DNA of 41,823 nucleotides from Elusimicrobiota bacterium. GTDB taxonomy: Bacteria > CG03 > SLGR01 > JAFGSA01. Made by a program: the position numbers and the translations under genes. This document shows positions 7,722 to 16,330 of the stretch, piece by piece (positions within the stretch are counted from its first letter, which is position 1; each line of letters starts with the position of its first letter). The DNA is taken from positions 1 to 41,823 of the forward strand of contig JAFGSA010000066.1 in NCBI GenBank assembly GCA_016934855.1, given 5' to 3'. The notes below the pieces were generated by a model. That model saw nothing but the letters and a program-made list of their open reading frames with translations. It made no database searches and was not told the DNA's origin.

Positions 7722-8684
7722 ATGGGAGCATTTCTACTTTTTATATTGTTGATCGCAGCTATAATTTTTATAACATCACTGATGAAAACAGCGCCCGGCG
7801 CTGGTCAGGAAAAAATTATAGATATAAAGAGCGGATATACGAAGAAAAAGCTGCAGCAGGCGGCAGTGATCATCCTCCTGCTTTTCGGACTTGTGACGCT
7901 TCTTAAGGGAATAGTAATAGTCCCGGCAGGGCACAGGTATGTAGTATTCAATATATTCAGGGGGGTGCTTGACAAGGAACTGGACGAAGGTCTCCATGTG
8001 CTGCTGCCGTATGTAAATTCTACTGTATCGTACGAAGTAAGGTTACAGGAATATACGATGTCCAGCGTGCGCGGAGAAGGAAGGGTTTCGGAGCCTGACA
8101 GCCTGTGGTCTCCGACGGAAGAAGGACTGCAGGTGGGAATAGACCTGACAGTGCTGTATAGAATAGATCCGGATAAGGTTTCGGACCTGCACGAGAAGAT
8201 AGGGAAGAACTTCGAGTCCAAGATAATAAGGCCCGCGGTGAGATCGATCGTGAGGCATAATATATCCGAGCATAAGATAATGGAGGTGTATTCTAAAAGC
8301 AGGAAGGAGATAGAAGATAAGGTGTTCTCGGACCTGGAAGAACAGATGAAGAAAAACTATATCATTGTCGAAGGCGTAAAGCTCAGGGATGTCATATTCA
8401 CGGATAAATTCGCCGAATCAATAGAGCAGAAACAGGTGGCCCAGCAGGAAATGGAGCGATGGGAATACGTTAAAAAACAGAGAGAAAAAGAGGCAGATGC
8501 CAGAATAATAGAGGCTAAAGGCAAGGCCGAGGCTATGAGGATAATCGCCCAGCAGTTGAGGGCGAATCCCGACATAATCAAATATAATTATGTCGAAAAG
8601 CTTTCGGACGATGTGCAGGTAATAATAACGGATCAGTCAACGATAATGGATCTCAAGGGAATACTGAAAGATTCAGGTAAATAG
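7722..8684 (+). CDS. SPFH / band-7 (prohibitin/HflC-like) membrane protein
   Basis: An N-terminal transmembrane helix, an SPFH core and a C-terminal coiled coil (EQKQVAQQEMERWEYVKKQREKEAD). The start is assigned to the ATG at 7722, 5 nt after GGAGGAGG; the ORF track started at TTG 7707. Confidence 0.8.
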   Translation: MGAFLLFILLIAAIIFITSLMKTAPGAGQEKIIDIKSGYTKKKLQQAAVIILLLFGLVTLLKGIVIVPAGHRYVVFNIFRGVLDKELDEGLHVLLPYVNSTVSYEVRLQEYTMSSVRGEGRVSEPDSLWSPTEEGLQVGIDLTVLYRIDPDKVSDLHEKIGKNFESKIIRPAVRSIVRHNISEHKIMEVYSKSRKEIEDKVFSDLEEQMKKNYIIVEGVKLRDVIFTDKFAESIEQKQVAQQEMERWEYVKKQREKEADARIIEAKGKAEAMRIIAQQLRANPDIIKYNYVEKLSDDVQVIITDQSTIMDLKGILKDSGK

Positions 8685-8686
8685 CA

Positions 8687-9949
8687 TTGTGGGATATTAA
8701 CAGCGAGAATATAGAACGGGCCGTACTGATAGGGGTGGAGTACCCCAGGTCCAGGGTCCCGGCCGAAGAGAGCCTGTCAGAGCTTTATCAGCTCTCCAAG
8801 ACCGCCGGCGCCGCCGTGGCGGGTAAATTCCTGCAGCACCGCGCGCAGCCGCATCCGGCCAGTTACATAGGCAAAGGGAAGGTCCAGGAAATCAAGGCGT
8901 TTATCCTGGGGAACAAGGTCAACCTGGTAATAGTGGATGACGATATTACTCCTACCCAGGAAAGAAACCTTGAAGAGGAGTTCGGATGCAAGGTCGTTGA
9001 CAGGACGCGTCTTATACTTGATATATTCGCGCTTCATGCGTCATCAAGTGTCGGGAAACTGCAGGTAGAACTGGCGCAGCTGGAATATTACCTGCCCAGG
9101 CTGAAGAATATATGGACGGAGTTTTCCAGGCTGGGAGGGGGAATAGGCACGAGGGGTCCCGGAGAGAAGAAGATAGAGATAGACAGGCGGATAATAAGTG
9201 ACAGGATAGCTTCAATCAAAAGCAGACTCGATAAGATAAAAATCCAGAGGCGGGACCGCCGGAAACAGCGGAAACGCATGTTTAAGAAAAATATATCGCT
9301 CGTCGGCTATACGAATTCCGGAAAGTCAACGCTTATGAACGTTTTGACAGGTGCCGGGGTAGGGGTGGAGAACAAGCTGTTCTCTACGCTGTCACCTACC
9401 ACGAGAAGACTCGATTGCGGCAAATACGAAGTTCTGATAACGGATACAGTGGGGTTTATAAGGAAGCTTCCGCATAATGTCATAGAGGCTTTCATGGCTA
9501 CCCTGGAAGAAGTCCAGGAAGCGGATCTGCTCATCCATGTAGTTGATATATCCCTGGAGAATTTCAGGCACCAGGTGGAAGCCGTGGAAAACGTGCTTGG
9601 CGAACTGAAAGTGATGGATAAGCCCATGATAAAAGTATATAACAAGATAGATAAAAAAGGTCTTGAACCCGGCAGAAACGAGGGCGCGGTTCCGACTATA
9701 TCCATATCAGCACTCACCGGGAGCGGCATGGAAGAGCTTAAAAAAGAGATAGAAGAGCGCCTGGATAAGAGTATGGTCACGGCACAGCTCAAAATACCGC
9801 AGGCGAGGCAGGATATAATAAATTCTGTATATAAGAACATGCATGTTTATAACCGCGAATATTCGGGGAATTATGTCATCCTGACATGCCAGTCCGACGC
9901 AAATATCCTGAACATGTACAGAAAATATATGGCGAGGGATGCCGCGTGA
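8687..9949 (+). CDS. hflX: GTPase HflX
   Basis: G1 motif GYTNSGKST, the DTVGFI motif, and HflX N-terminal domains. Only a TTG start is possible, because an in-frame stop lies 9 nt upstream. Confidence 0.85.
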   Translation: MWDINSENIERAVLIGVEYPRSRVPAEESLSELYQLSKTAGAAVAGKFLQHRAQPHPASYIGKGKVQEIKAFILGNKVNLVIVDDDITPTQERNLEEEFGCKVVDRTRLILDIFALHASSSVGKLQVELAQLEYYLPRLKNIWTEFSRLGGGIGTRGPGEKKIEIDRRIISDRIASIKSRLDKIKIQRRDRRKQRKRMFKKNISLVGYTNSGKSTLMNVLTGAGVGVENKLFSTLSPTTRRLDCGKYEVLITDTVGFIRKLPHNVIEAFMATLEEVQEADLLIHVVDISLENFRHQVEAVENVLGELKVMDKPMIKVYNKIDKKGLEPGRNEGAVPTISISALTGSGMEELKKEIEERLDKSMVTAQLKIPQARQDIINSVYKNMHVYNREYSGNYVILTCQSDANILNMYRKYMARDAA

Positions 9950-10111
9950 GGATTCCTGACTGTATTACCTTTAGGGGGCTCATGCCGGTGATCGTGGCGC
10001 AGGTACCCTTCCTGGGTTTAAGAATCCCTTTTTATTATCCTGCGGCGGTCGTGCCGGGCTTATCGGGTCTGCAGTACATGGTAAAAGCGCTGTCGGGTAT
10101 GGGGGCGGATA

Positions 10112-11452
10112 ATGGTTAAAACCGTTGCGATAGTCGGAAGGCCGAATGTGGGCAAATCAACGCTTTTCAATACCCTGATCAACAGAAAGGAAGCTCTTAC
10201 ATCTCCAAATCCGGGATTGACCAGGGACCGGCATTATTCCTATTTTTCACCGGACGGGGAGAACGTTTATCTTCTTATAGACACGGGCGGTATTATTTTG
10301 GATGATAAAAGGTCAATCGTCGAGAACGTCAACCTCCAGGTAGAGCTGGCAGTGGAACAGGCGGACCTTCTTCTCTTCGTCGTGGATATAAGGGAAGGGC
10401 TTCTGCCGCTCGATGAAAGGATATGCGATAGGCTGCGAAAATCATCAAAGCCTATTATAGTAGCGGCAAACAAGGCAGATACTCCCGACAAAGACATACT
10501 CATTTCGGATTTTTACGGGTTGGGGCTGGATAACGTCATCGCGCTGTCTGCCCAGCACAAGAGAAACATATACGGGCTTATTTCCGGTATTCGGCGTATA
10601 ATACCGGAATCCAGGCAGGAGAAGAGGGGCCGTTGCCCAAGATTGTGTGTTGTAGGGAGGCCCAATGTAGGTAAATCTACCCTTGTCAACAGGATAGCCG
10701 GCGAAGAAAGAGTCATAGTGGATTCCGAGCCCGGGACGACCAGGAATCCTGCAAAATGCCATGTCAGGATAAAGGGCAGAGACTGGGAACTGGTGGATAT
10801 GGCAGGATTGTGGAGAAAGAGCAGGGGTAAGGAATTGGAAGAGATAATCAGCATGATTGCGGCGCGGCGGGAGCTGGAGAAGGCGGATGTCTGTATATTC
10901 CTCATGGACCTCACGGAACCCCTGACGTTTCAGGATAAAAGGATAGCCGGCTGGATAATAGAAGCCGGCACTTCCGTAGTGATCGCGGGGAACAAGGCAG
11001 ACCTGGTAGAAGACAGCCCGGAGATAAGAAGCGCATACGGTTCGGGGCTGTATGCCGAGATGCCTTTCATGAGCTTTGCGCCTTTCCTGGTCATCTCGGC
11101 AAAGACAGGCAATGCGGTCGAGGAGCTGTATGACGAGCTGCAGCGCGTTTATGAAAGCTCTCAAAAAAAGATAAAACAGGAGGAACTCGACATGTTCCTG
11201 GCAAAAATGCTGTCAAAACGGCCGCCGCCGGAATCTGCAAATGAAAGGCCAAGGGTAATCAGGCTTGTTCAGAAAAAAGTGAATCCGCCCGTATTCAGCC
11301 TGGTTATAGATCATTACAGACTTGACAAAATTCCGCAACACTGGAAAAATTATGTAAGAAACTTCATCTATGAGGAGTTCAGGTATTACGGGGTGCCGGT
11401 CGTTATAAATTATATTAAATACAAAAAGAGCAGAGAAGATGCAGGAATTTGA
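10112..11452 (+). CDS. der: Ribosome-biogenesis GTPase Der (EngA)
   Basis: Two tandem GTPase domains (GRPNVGKST twice) and a KH-like C-terminal domain. Confidence 0.9.
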   Translation: MVKTVAIVGRPNVGKSTLFNTLINRKEALTSPNPGLTRDRHYSYFSPDGENVYLLIDTGGIILDDKRSIVENVNLQVELAVEQADLLLFVVDIREGLLPLDERICDRLRKSSKPIIVAANKADTPDKDILISDFYGLGLDNVIALSAQHKRNIYGLISGIRRIIPESRQEKRGRCPRLCVVGRPNVGKSTLVNRIAGEERVIVDSEPGTTRNPAKCHVRIKGRDWELVDMAGLWRKSRGKELEEIISMIAARRELEKADVCIFLMDLTEPLTFQDKRIAGWIIEAGTSVVIAGNKADLVEDSPEIRSAYGSGLYAEMPFMSFAPFLVISAKTGNAVEELYDELQRVYESSQKKIKQEELDMFLAKMLSKRPPPESANERPRVIRLVQKKVNPPVFSLVIDHYRLDKIPQHWKNYVRNFIYEEFRYYGVPVVINYIKYKKSREDAGI

Positions 11453-12032
11453 CGCACTAAAGACCATACTGTATGCTGTCGGAGCTTTCCTCCTGGGGTC
11501 GATCCCGTTCTCGTATGTTATAACCAAGCTGGTGGCTAAAAAAGACATAAGGGATGTAGGCAGCGGCAATCCGGGCGCCACGAACGTTGTCCGGGCGCTG
11601 AACGCCAGGTACGGATTGCTTGTCCTCCTGCTGGATCTGGCCAAAGGGGCTGTTCCCGTATACTTTGCCAAAGGAACCGATAATACCGCATTTGTTTATG
11701 CGATTGCCCTTGCTATTGTCCTGGGCCACGATTATACCCCCGTGCTGGGATTTAAAGGGGGAAAAGGGGTTGCCTCCAGCCTGGGGATATTCATAGTACT
11801 GGCCCCGATTCCCACCCTGGTAGTTTCTATGATATTCACTCTTGTCACCGTCGTTTTTAAATTCGTATCATTCGGGTCTGTAATGGCTTCATTTTCTTAT
11901 CCCATCGTAGCATATCTTCTGGGGTACACAAGGTATATAGGACTGGCGACCATACTGGGACTGATGATAATCTACAGGCATAAAGAGAACCTGAAAAGAT
12001 TATGGCATGGAAATGAAAAAAGATCGATATAA
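11439..12032 (+). CDS. plsY: Glycerol-3-phosphate acyltransferase PlsY
   Basis: The GSGNPGATNVVRALN motif; a 197-aa polytopic protein; overlaps the der stop. Confidence 0.9.
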   Translation: MQEFDALKTILYAVGAFLLGSIPFSYVITKLVAKKDIRDVGSGNPGATNVVRALNARYGLLVLLLDLAKGAVPVYFAKGTDNTAFVYAIALAIVLGHDYTPVLGFKGGKGVASSLGIFIVLAPIPTLVVSMIFTLVTVVFKFVSFGSVMASFSYPIVAYLLGYTRYIGLATILGLMIIYRHKENLKRLWHGNEKRSI

Positions 12033-13041
12033 CATAGCTGTTCTGGGCGCCGGCAGCTGGGGAATAACCCTGGCTAATGTCCTGTATGAGAACGGCAATA
12101 CAGTTATATTATGGGAATTCGACAGGAAGCAGGCTGCGAATCTTACAAGAGAAAGGAAATTCCTGACGCTGGGAAGCTACAGGATACCCGCTGGGATAAC
12201 CGTTACCGATTCCATGAGGAGGGCAGTGGAGGCCGCGGATTACATTGTCATTTCAGTGCCTTCGTCCGTTGTAGGCTCCGTTATCGGCGAACTTAGCAGG
12301 CAGAAACTCCGGCCCGGTGTCACAGTCGTAAGCAGCGTAAAAGGCTTTGATCAGAAAACACTTAAAAGGCCGTCTCAGATAATAAAAGGGATGCTTGGAA
12401 GAAAGGCGAACGTGGCGGTCATATCGGGCCCGAGCCACGCCGAAGAAGTAATAAAGAGGGTCCCTACGGCCGTCGTTGCCGCTTCCGTTGACAATAAGAC
12501 CAGGACGCATGTCCAGAAGCTCTTTTCAAATCTCTACTTCAGGGTATATTCGTCTTCCGATATAAACGGAGTGGAACTGGGCGGAGCCCTTAAGAATATA
12601 ATAGGAATAGCATCAGGTATAGTGAGCGGGCTGAAACTGGGCGATAATACCCGGGCGGCCCTTATAACCAGGGGAAATGCCGAGATAACCAGGCTTGGTG
12701 CAAGGCTTGGCGCGAGATCGGGGACTTTCAGCGGATTATCGGGAATAGGAGATTTGATAGTCACGTGCTTTTCGCATCATTCTCGTAATTTCAGGTTCGG
12801 GAAACTCATAGGAGAAGGCAGCAGCATGGATGAGGCGCTCCGCAAGATAAAAACAACGGTCGAGGGCATAAATACGACCAGGAGCTGCTACAGGCTGTCC
12901 CGAAAGCTAGGTGTTCAGATGCCTGTATGCGGCAAGGTGTATGAAATACTCTACAGGAAGAAAGAACCCGAAAAGGCCTGGAGGGAGCTTATGAGCAGGC
13001 CTTTAAAGAGCGAGAAAACGTTCCGCGATTACCGGGATTAA
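12007..13041 (+). CDS. gpsA: NAD(P)H-dependent glycerol-3-phosphate dehydrogenase
   Basis: IAVLGAGSWG NAD-binding motif and a full-length GpsA-like protein. Confidence 0.9.
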   Translation: MEMKKDRYNIAVLGAGSWGITLANVLYENGNTVILWEFDRKQAANLTRERKFLTLGSYRIPAGITVTDSMRRAVEAADYIVISVPSSVVGSVIGELSRQKLRPGVTVVSSVKGFDQKTLKRPSQIIKGMLGRKANVAVISGPSHAEEVIKRVPTAVVAASVDNKTRTHVQKLFSNLYFRVYSSSDINGVELGGALKNIIGIASGIVSGLKLGDNTRAALITRGNAEITRLGARLGARSGTFSGLSGIGDLIVTCFSHHSRNFRFGKLIGEGSSMDEALRKIKTTVEGINTTRSCYRLSRKLGVQMPVCGKVYEILYRKKEPEKAWRELMSRPLKSEKTFRDYRD

Positions 13042-13068
13042 GGCGTAATATCAGGGAGGAAAACGGTT

Positions 13069-13335
13069 ATGAATAAGAACGAGATAATAGAAAACGTTTC
13101 GAGTGTCACCTGTGCAAAAAGCGAGGCTAAGGATGCGGTAGAGATGTTCATTAAAACTATTAAGGAAGCCCTGAAAAGCGGCGACAGGGTGACAATATCA
13201 GAATTGGGATCGTTTTACGTAAAATTTAAGAAAGCCAGAAAAGGACGCAATCCCATGACCGGAGAAATAATTGACATAGCACCCAGAAAAGTTGTAAAAT
13301 TTACGCCGTCTCCCAAGTTAAACGACATATTATGA
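13069..13335 (+). CDS. hup: DNA-binding protein HU
   Basis: 88 aa with the RKGRNPMTGEII arm motif. Confidence 0.9.
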   Translation: MNKNEIIENVSSVTCAKSEAKDAVEMFIKTIKEALKSGDRVTISELGSFYVKFKKARKGRNPMTGEIIDIAPRKVVKFTPSPKLNDIL

Positions 13336-13336
13336 T

Positions 13337-13687
13337 ATGAATAAAAAGTATTTTACAATCAGCGAGGTCTCGAATATAACCGAAATACCTTCGCATACCC
13401 TGAGATACTGGGAGTCCGAATTCAAACTCCTGAGGCCCATGCGAAGGGAAAGCGGGCAGAGACGCTATACTCAGCATGACATACATACGATAGAAAAGAT
13501 AAAGGTGCTGCTATACGAAAAAAAATACAGCATAGCCGGGGCAAAAAAACAGTTAATGAAGGAAAAGAGGCAGACGGGCAGCCAGATAGAGATGGATTTG
13601 AACTCAGCGGGCAATATCACCGACGAGCTTAAATCCGTAAAAGAAAGCCTTCTTGAAATTAAGAAAATTCTCTCTGAAGAGATTTAG
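13337..13687 (+). CDS. MerR-family transcriptional regulator
   Basis: N-terminal helix-turn-helix (YFTISEVSNITEIPSHTLRYWESEF) and a C-terminal coiled coil. Confidence 0.8.
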   Translation: MNKKYFTISEVSNITEIPSHTLRYWESEFKLLRPMRRESGQRRYTQHDIHTIEKIKVLLYEKKYSIAGAKKQLMKEKRQTGSQIEMDLNSAGNITDELKSVKESLLEIKKILSEEI

Positions 13688-13691
13688 CAGA

Positions 13692-13766
<75 letters not shown>

Positions 13767-13828
13767 GAAATCACCAGGTGAGGTATAAAGGGGATCGAAG
13801 GGAAATAGCCGCTCCCTGAGGGAGAAGA

Positions 13829-13943
13829 GGCCGGAGGCCGGAAGGTTATTTCCCCGGCTCCGAGAGAGCAGGAGAAAGGGGAGCGAACGAGGAGTATCCC
13901 CGTCTCCCCTGCACCGCGAGGGGCGCAGGGCGCGGCCGCTCCA
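13829..13943 (+). repeat. Repeat unit B: U block (~13829-13898) fused to a tRNA-Gly 3'-end copy (atccccgtctccc...gctccagaaatc). A 28-nt hairpin-forming insert interrupts the acceptor-strand copy
   Basis: atccccgtctccc and gctccagaaatc match the last nucleotides of tRNA-Gly, including 7 nt of its 3' flank. The insert cctgcaccgcgaggggcgcagg can form a CCTGC/GCAGG stem. Confidence 0.55.
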
Positions 13944-14030
13944 GAAATCTCAGAGTGAGAGATATATTAGGGGATAGAAGCCTTACGCGCGCATGCTGAG
14001 CATAAAAAGCACGGAGTGCGAAGGCAGATA

Positions 14031-14120
14031 AGGCCGGCTCCGAGAGAGCAGGAGAAAAGGGGCGAGCGAGGAGTATCCCCGTTTCCCCTGCACCACACGG
14101 GATGCAGGACACGGCCGCTA
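14031..14120 (+). repeat. Repeat unit C: a second U block plus a diverged tRNA-Gly 3'-end copy. It is about 85% identical to unit B over ~65 nt
   Basis: ggccggctccgagagagcaggagaaaaggggcgagcgaggagtatccccgtttcccctgcacc. The CCTGC/GCAGG stem is conserved with a different loop (accacacgggat). Confidence 0.55.
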
Positions 14121-14126
14121 CATGAA

Positions 14127-14212
14127 TTTAGTTGAAGGTTGAATGTGGAAAGTGGAAAGTTGCTTGGTAAGGAAGAATTTCATTTAACATTACACTTTCC
14201 ATATTAAACTGT
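14127..14212 (+). repeat. E2 repeat copy 2, immediately upstream of tRNA-Pro(GGG). It probably contains the tRNA promoter
   Basis: Homologous to 86-170. It includes the TTACAC-like block attacactttccatatt. Confidence 0.5.
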
Positions 14213-14219
14213 ATGGGGT

Positions 14220-14296
14220 CGGGATGTGGCGCAGTCTGGAAGCGCACTCGTCTGGGGGGCGAGGGGTCGCCAGTTCAAATCTGGCCATCCCGACCA
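14220..14296 (+). tRNA. tRNA-Pro (anticodon GGG), with encoded CCA
   Basis: Acceptor CGGGATG/CATCCCG, D arm GCGC-AGTCTGGAA-GCGC, anticodon stem CTCGT/GCGAG with loop CTGGGGG, T arm GGGTC/GCCAG? It folds as GGGTC-GCCAG with T-loop TTCAAAT and 3' strand CTGGC. Confidence 0.8.
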
Positions 14297-14488
14297 TTCT
14301 TTGTACCGCTGGCAGCGGAAACATGCCCGGCAGAGGACCATCCATCACGGTCATCAGAGAAAAACCCGCAAAAAAGGCCGGAAACCCGGAGAAAACACCT
14401 TCCGAAGGCCGGATATACCGGGATTTGACAGGCACATATTAAAATGCTAGAATAAAAAAGGATTATTGGGAATATTCTGTATAACAAG

Positions 14489-16078
14489 ATGCAGAAATTA
14501 CTTAACCAGAACATCAAAAAGATACTTGTCGTTGAAGACGATGAGCTCATCAATAACACCATCGTGGACTGCCTTAAGGTTGAAGGATTCAACACCGATT
14601 ATACCGATGACGCCGAGAAGGCTCTTTGGCTGATAAATTATAACGCGTACGATCTGGTCATAACTGACTTGAAACTGCCGGGATTGAGCGGTATGGACAT
14701 CGTAAAAGCTGTGAAAAAGAAGGATCCTTCATGCAGGACAATAATAATCACTGCGTACGGCACGATTGATTCCCAGGTCGAAGCCATTAAGGCGGGTGCG
14801 GAAGATTTTATAATAAAACCCTTCAATATAGAGGAGTTCACCGCGAAGATCGCGGGGTGCATGAAAAAACCCGCTAAAACCGTTCCCGGAGACGAAAACC
14901 GCAAAAAGAACATACTTAAAAAGACGAAAGAAAAAACCGGTGAGCTGGTGTTATACACGAATCTTAATATCCTCATGGAATATGCATGCGATCTGCTCGA
15001 GGCGCAGGGGGGATCTCTTTTGCTGAACAAGGAAGGGTTCCTTGAAGTCAAGGCTGTTTCGGACGCTTTCCGCGACGATCTGTTGGGAAAAAAGGTGTCT
15101 CCGGAAGGCGGTATCTTCTGTGAAGTAATAAAGGCCGGGAAACCACTTCTTATCACAGAAGATATTAATAATGTTTTCTTTAACGGTTTCAGGGAATCTG
15201 CCAAAGTCAACAGCTGCATCTGTATCCCGATCTCAGACAAAGACAGGTGTTTCGGGCTTCTCAACCTCTGCAGGACAGGAGAGAACTATTTCAACAGCGA
15301 AGACCTGGAAGTTGCCGGATATTTTTCGGACAACATACTTACTGCCATAAGAGCCAGCGAAGCCGAAGCCGAGCTGGAGAAAGCAAAGAACAGCCTGGAG
15401 ATATCAAGCAGGCAGCTGGAGGCTTTTACCAAGGCGGCTGCTAACGACCTCCAGGAACCTTTGCGCCGGGTGGTCAGCTTCCTTCAGCTTATCGAAACAA
15501 GATACAAGGACAAACTCGATGCAAGCGGAAGCGAATTCATCGAGTATGCCGTGAGCGGCGCAAAGCTGATGAAGACCATGGTGGAGAGGCTCCTGGAATA
15601 TTCCAAGCTGGGGAGAAAGGATTCACCGACGGAAGAAGTTGATTTTAACGCGGTACTGGACCAGGTAAAGAGCATGTTCGGGCCGGAAATAAAGGCTGCC
15701 GAGGCGGAAGTAGTCGCGGATGTCCTGCCCGTAATGGAGCTTAACAGGGCGGATATCCATCATCTTTTCAAGCACCTGTTATCGAATTCCATAAATTTCA
15801 GGGGAGACGAAAAACTGGAGATCACCGTATCTGCTATGGATAACGGGAAAGAATGGTATTTCTGCGTCAAAGATAACGGGATGGGATTCAATATGAAGGA
15901 TAAGGAAAAGATATTCGGGATGTTCAACCGCCTGTATGAGCAGAAAATACTCAGCCAGACCGGGATGGGGCTTGCCATATGCAAAAAGATAATAGAGAAC
16001 GCGGGAGGAAAGATATGGGCCGAATCCGTAATCGGGGAGGGGACTTCCATATATTTTACTATACCTCACAAAAAGTAA
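14489..16078 (+). CDS. Hybrid signalling protein REC-GAF-HisKA-HATPase. The H-box histidine is replaced by asparagine
   Basis: REC domain (ILVVEDDE...DLVITDLKLPG...IKPF); GAF domain; DHp domain FTKAAANDLQEPLRRV versus the consensus sHELRTPL; catalytic N box (HHLFKHLLSNSINF), G1 (DNGMGF) and G2 (GMGLA). Confidence 0.8.
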   Translation: MQKLLNQNIKKILVVEDDELINNTIVDCLKVEGFNTDYTDDAEKALWLINYNAYDLVITDLKLPGLSGMDIVKAVKKKDPSCRTIIITAYGTIDSQVEAIKAGAEDFIIKPFNIEEFTAKIAGCMKKPAKTVPGDENRKKNILKKTKEKTGELVLYTNLNILMEYACDLLEAQGGSLLLNKEGFLEVKAVSDAFRDDLLGKKVSPEGGIFCEVIKAGKPLLITEDINNVFFNGFRESAKVNSCICIPISDKDRCFGLLNLCRTGENYFNSEDLEVAGYFSDNILTAIRASEAEAELEKAKNSLEISSRQLEAFTKAAANDLQEPLRRVVSFLQLIETRYKDKLDASGSEFIEYAVSGAKLMKTMVERLLEYSKLGRKDSPTEEVDFNAVLDQVKSMFGPEIKAAEAEVVADVLPVMELNRADIHHLFKHLLSNSINFRGDEKLEITVSAMDNGKEWYFCVKDNGMGFNMKDKEKIFGMFNRLYEQKILSQTGMGLAICKKIIENAGGKIWAESVIGEGTSIYFTIPHKK

Positions 16079-16330
16079 GGTTTCTTCAAGGCCAAGCTTT
16101 TCGTTAATTTCTTATATTCGTAAAAACCGCATGCGAAGACTTTCCCTGCAGAAATTCCTGTTTTGCTTTCAGATTATATATCTGTATTTTCCTTTTTCCT
16201 TCCGGAAAACCAAATAAAAATACAGCAGCTGTTATTAATAATCCGCTGTCATGCAATGATTTGCAATTTTTCCAGTAATTTATATAATATCAGTTGCTTT
16301 TAAGACTAATCCAAAAATACAGGAGGAAAT

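Noticed and set aside
9886-10119. 77-aa ORF in the hflX-der spacer
   Set aside because: It overlaps the hflX 3' end, has no RBS or domain, and the spacer is better explained as the der promoter region.
10445-11164. 239-aa ORF on the minus strand
   Set aside because: It is antisense within der, which has two unmistakable GTPase domains. It is an artefact of the GC-rich third codon position.
16180-16225. Nested hairpin (ctgtatttt...aaaatacag with inner ttttcc/ggaaaa), considered as a terminator of the kinase gene
   Set aside because: No U-tract follows on the plus strand, and it sits 100 nt after the stop. It is more likely a regulatory palindrome in the promoter of the downstream gene, and the evidence is insufficient to call it.
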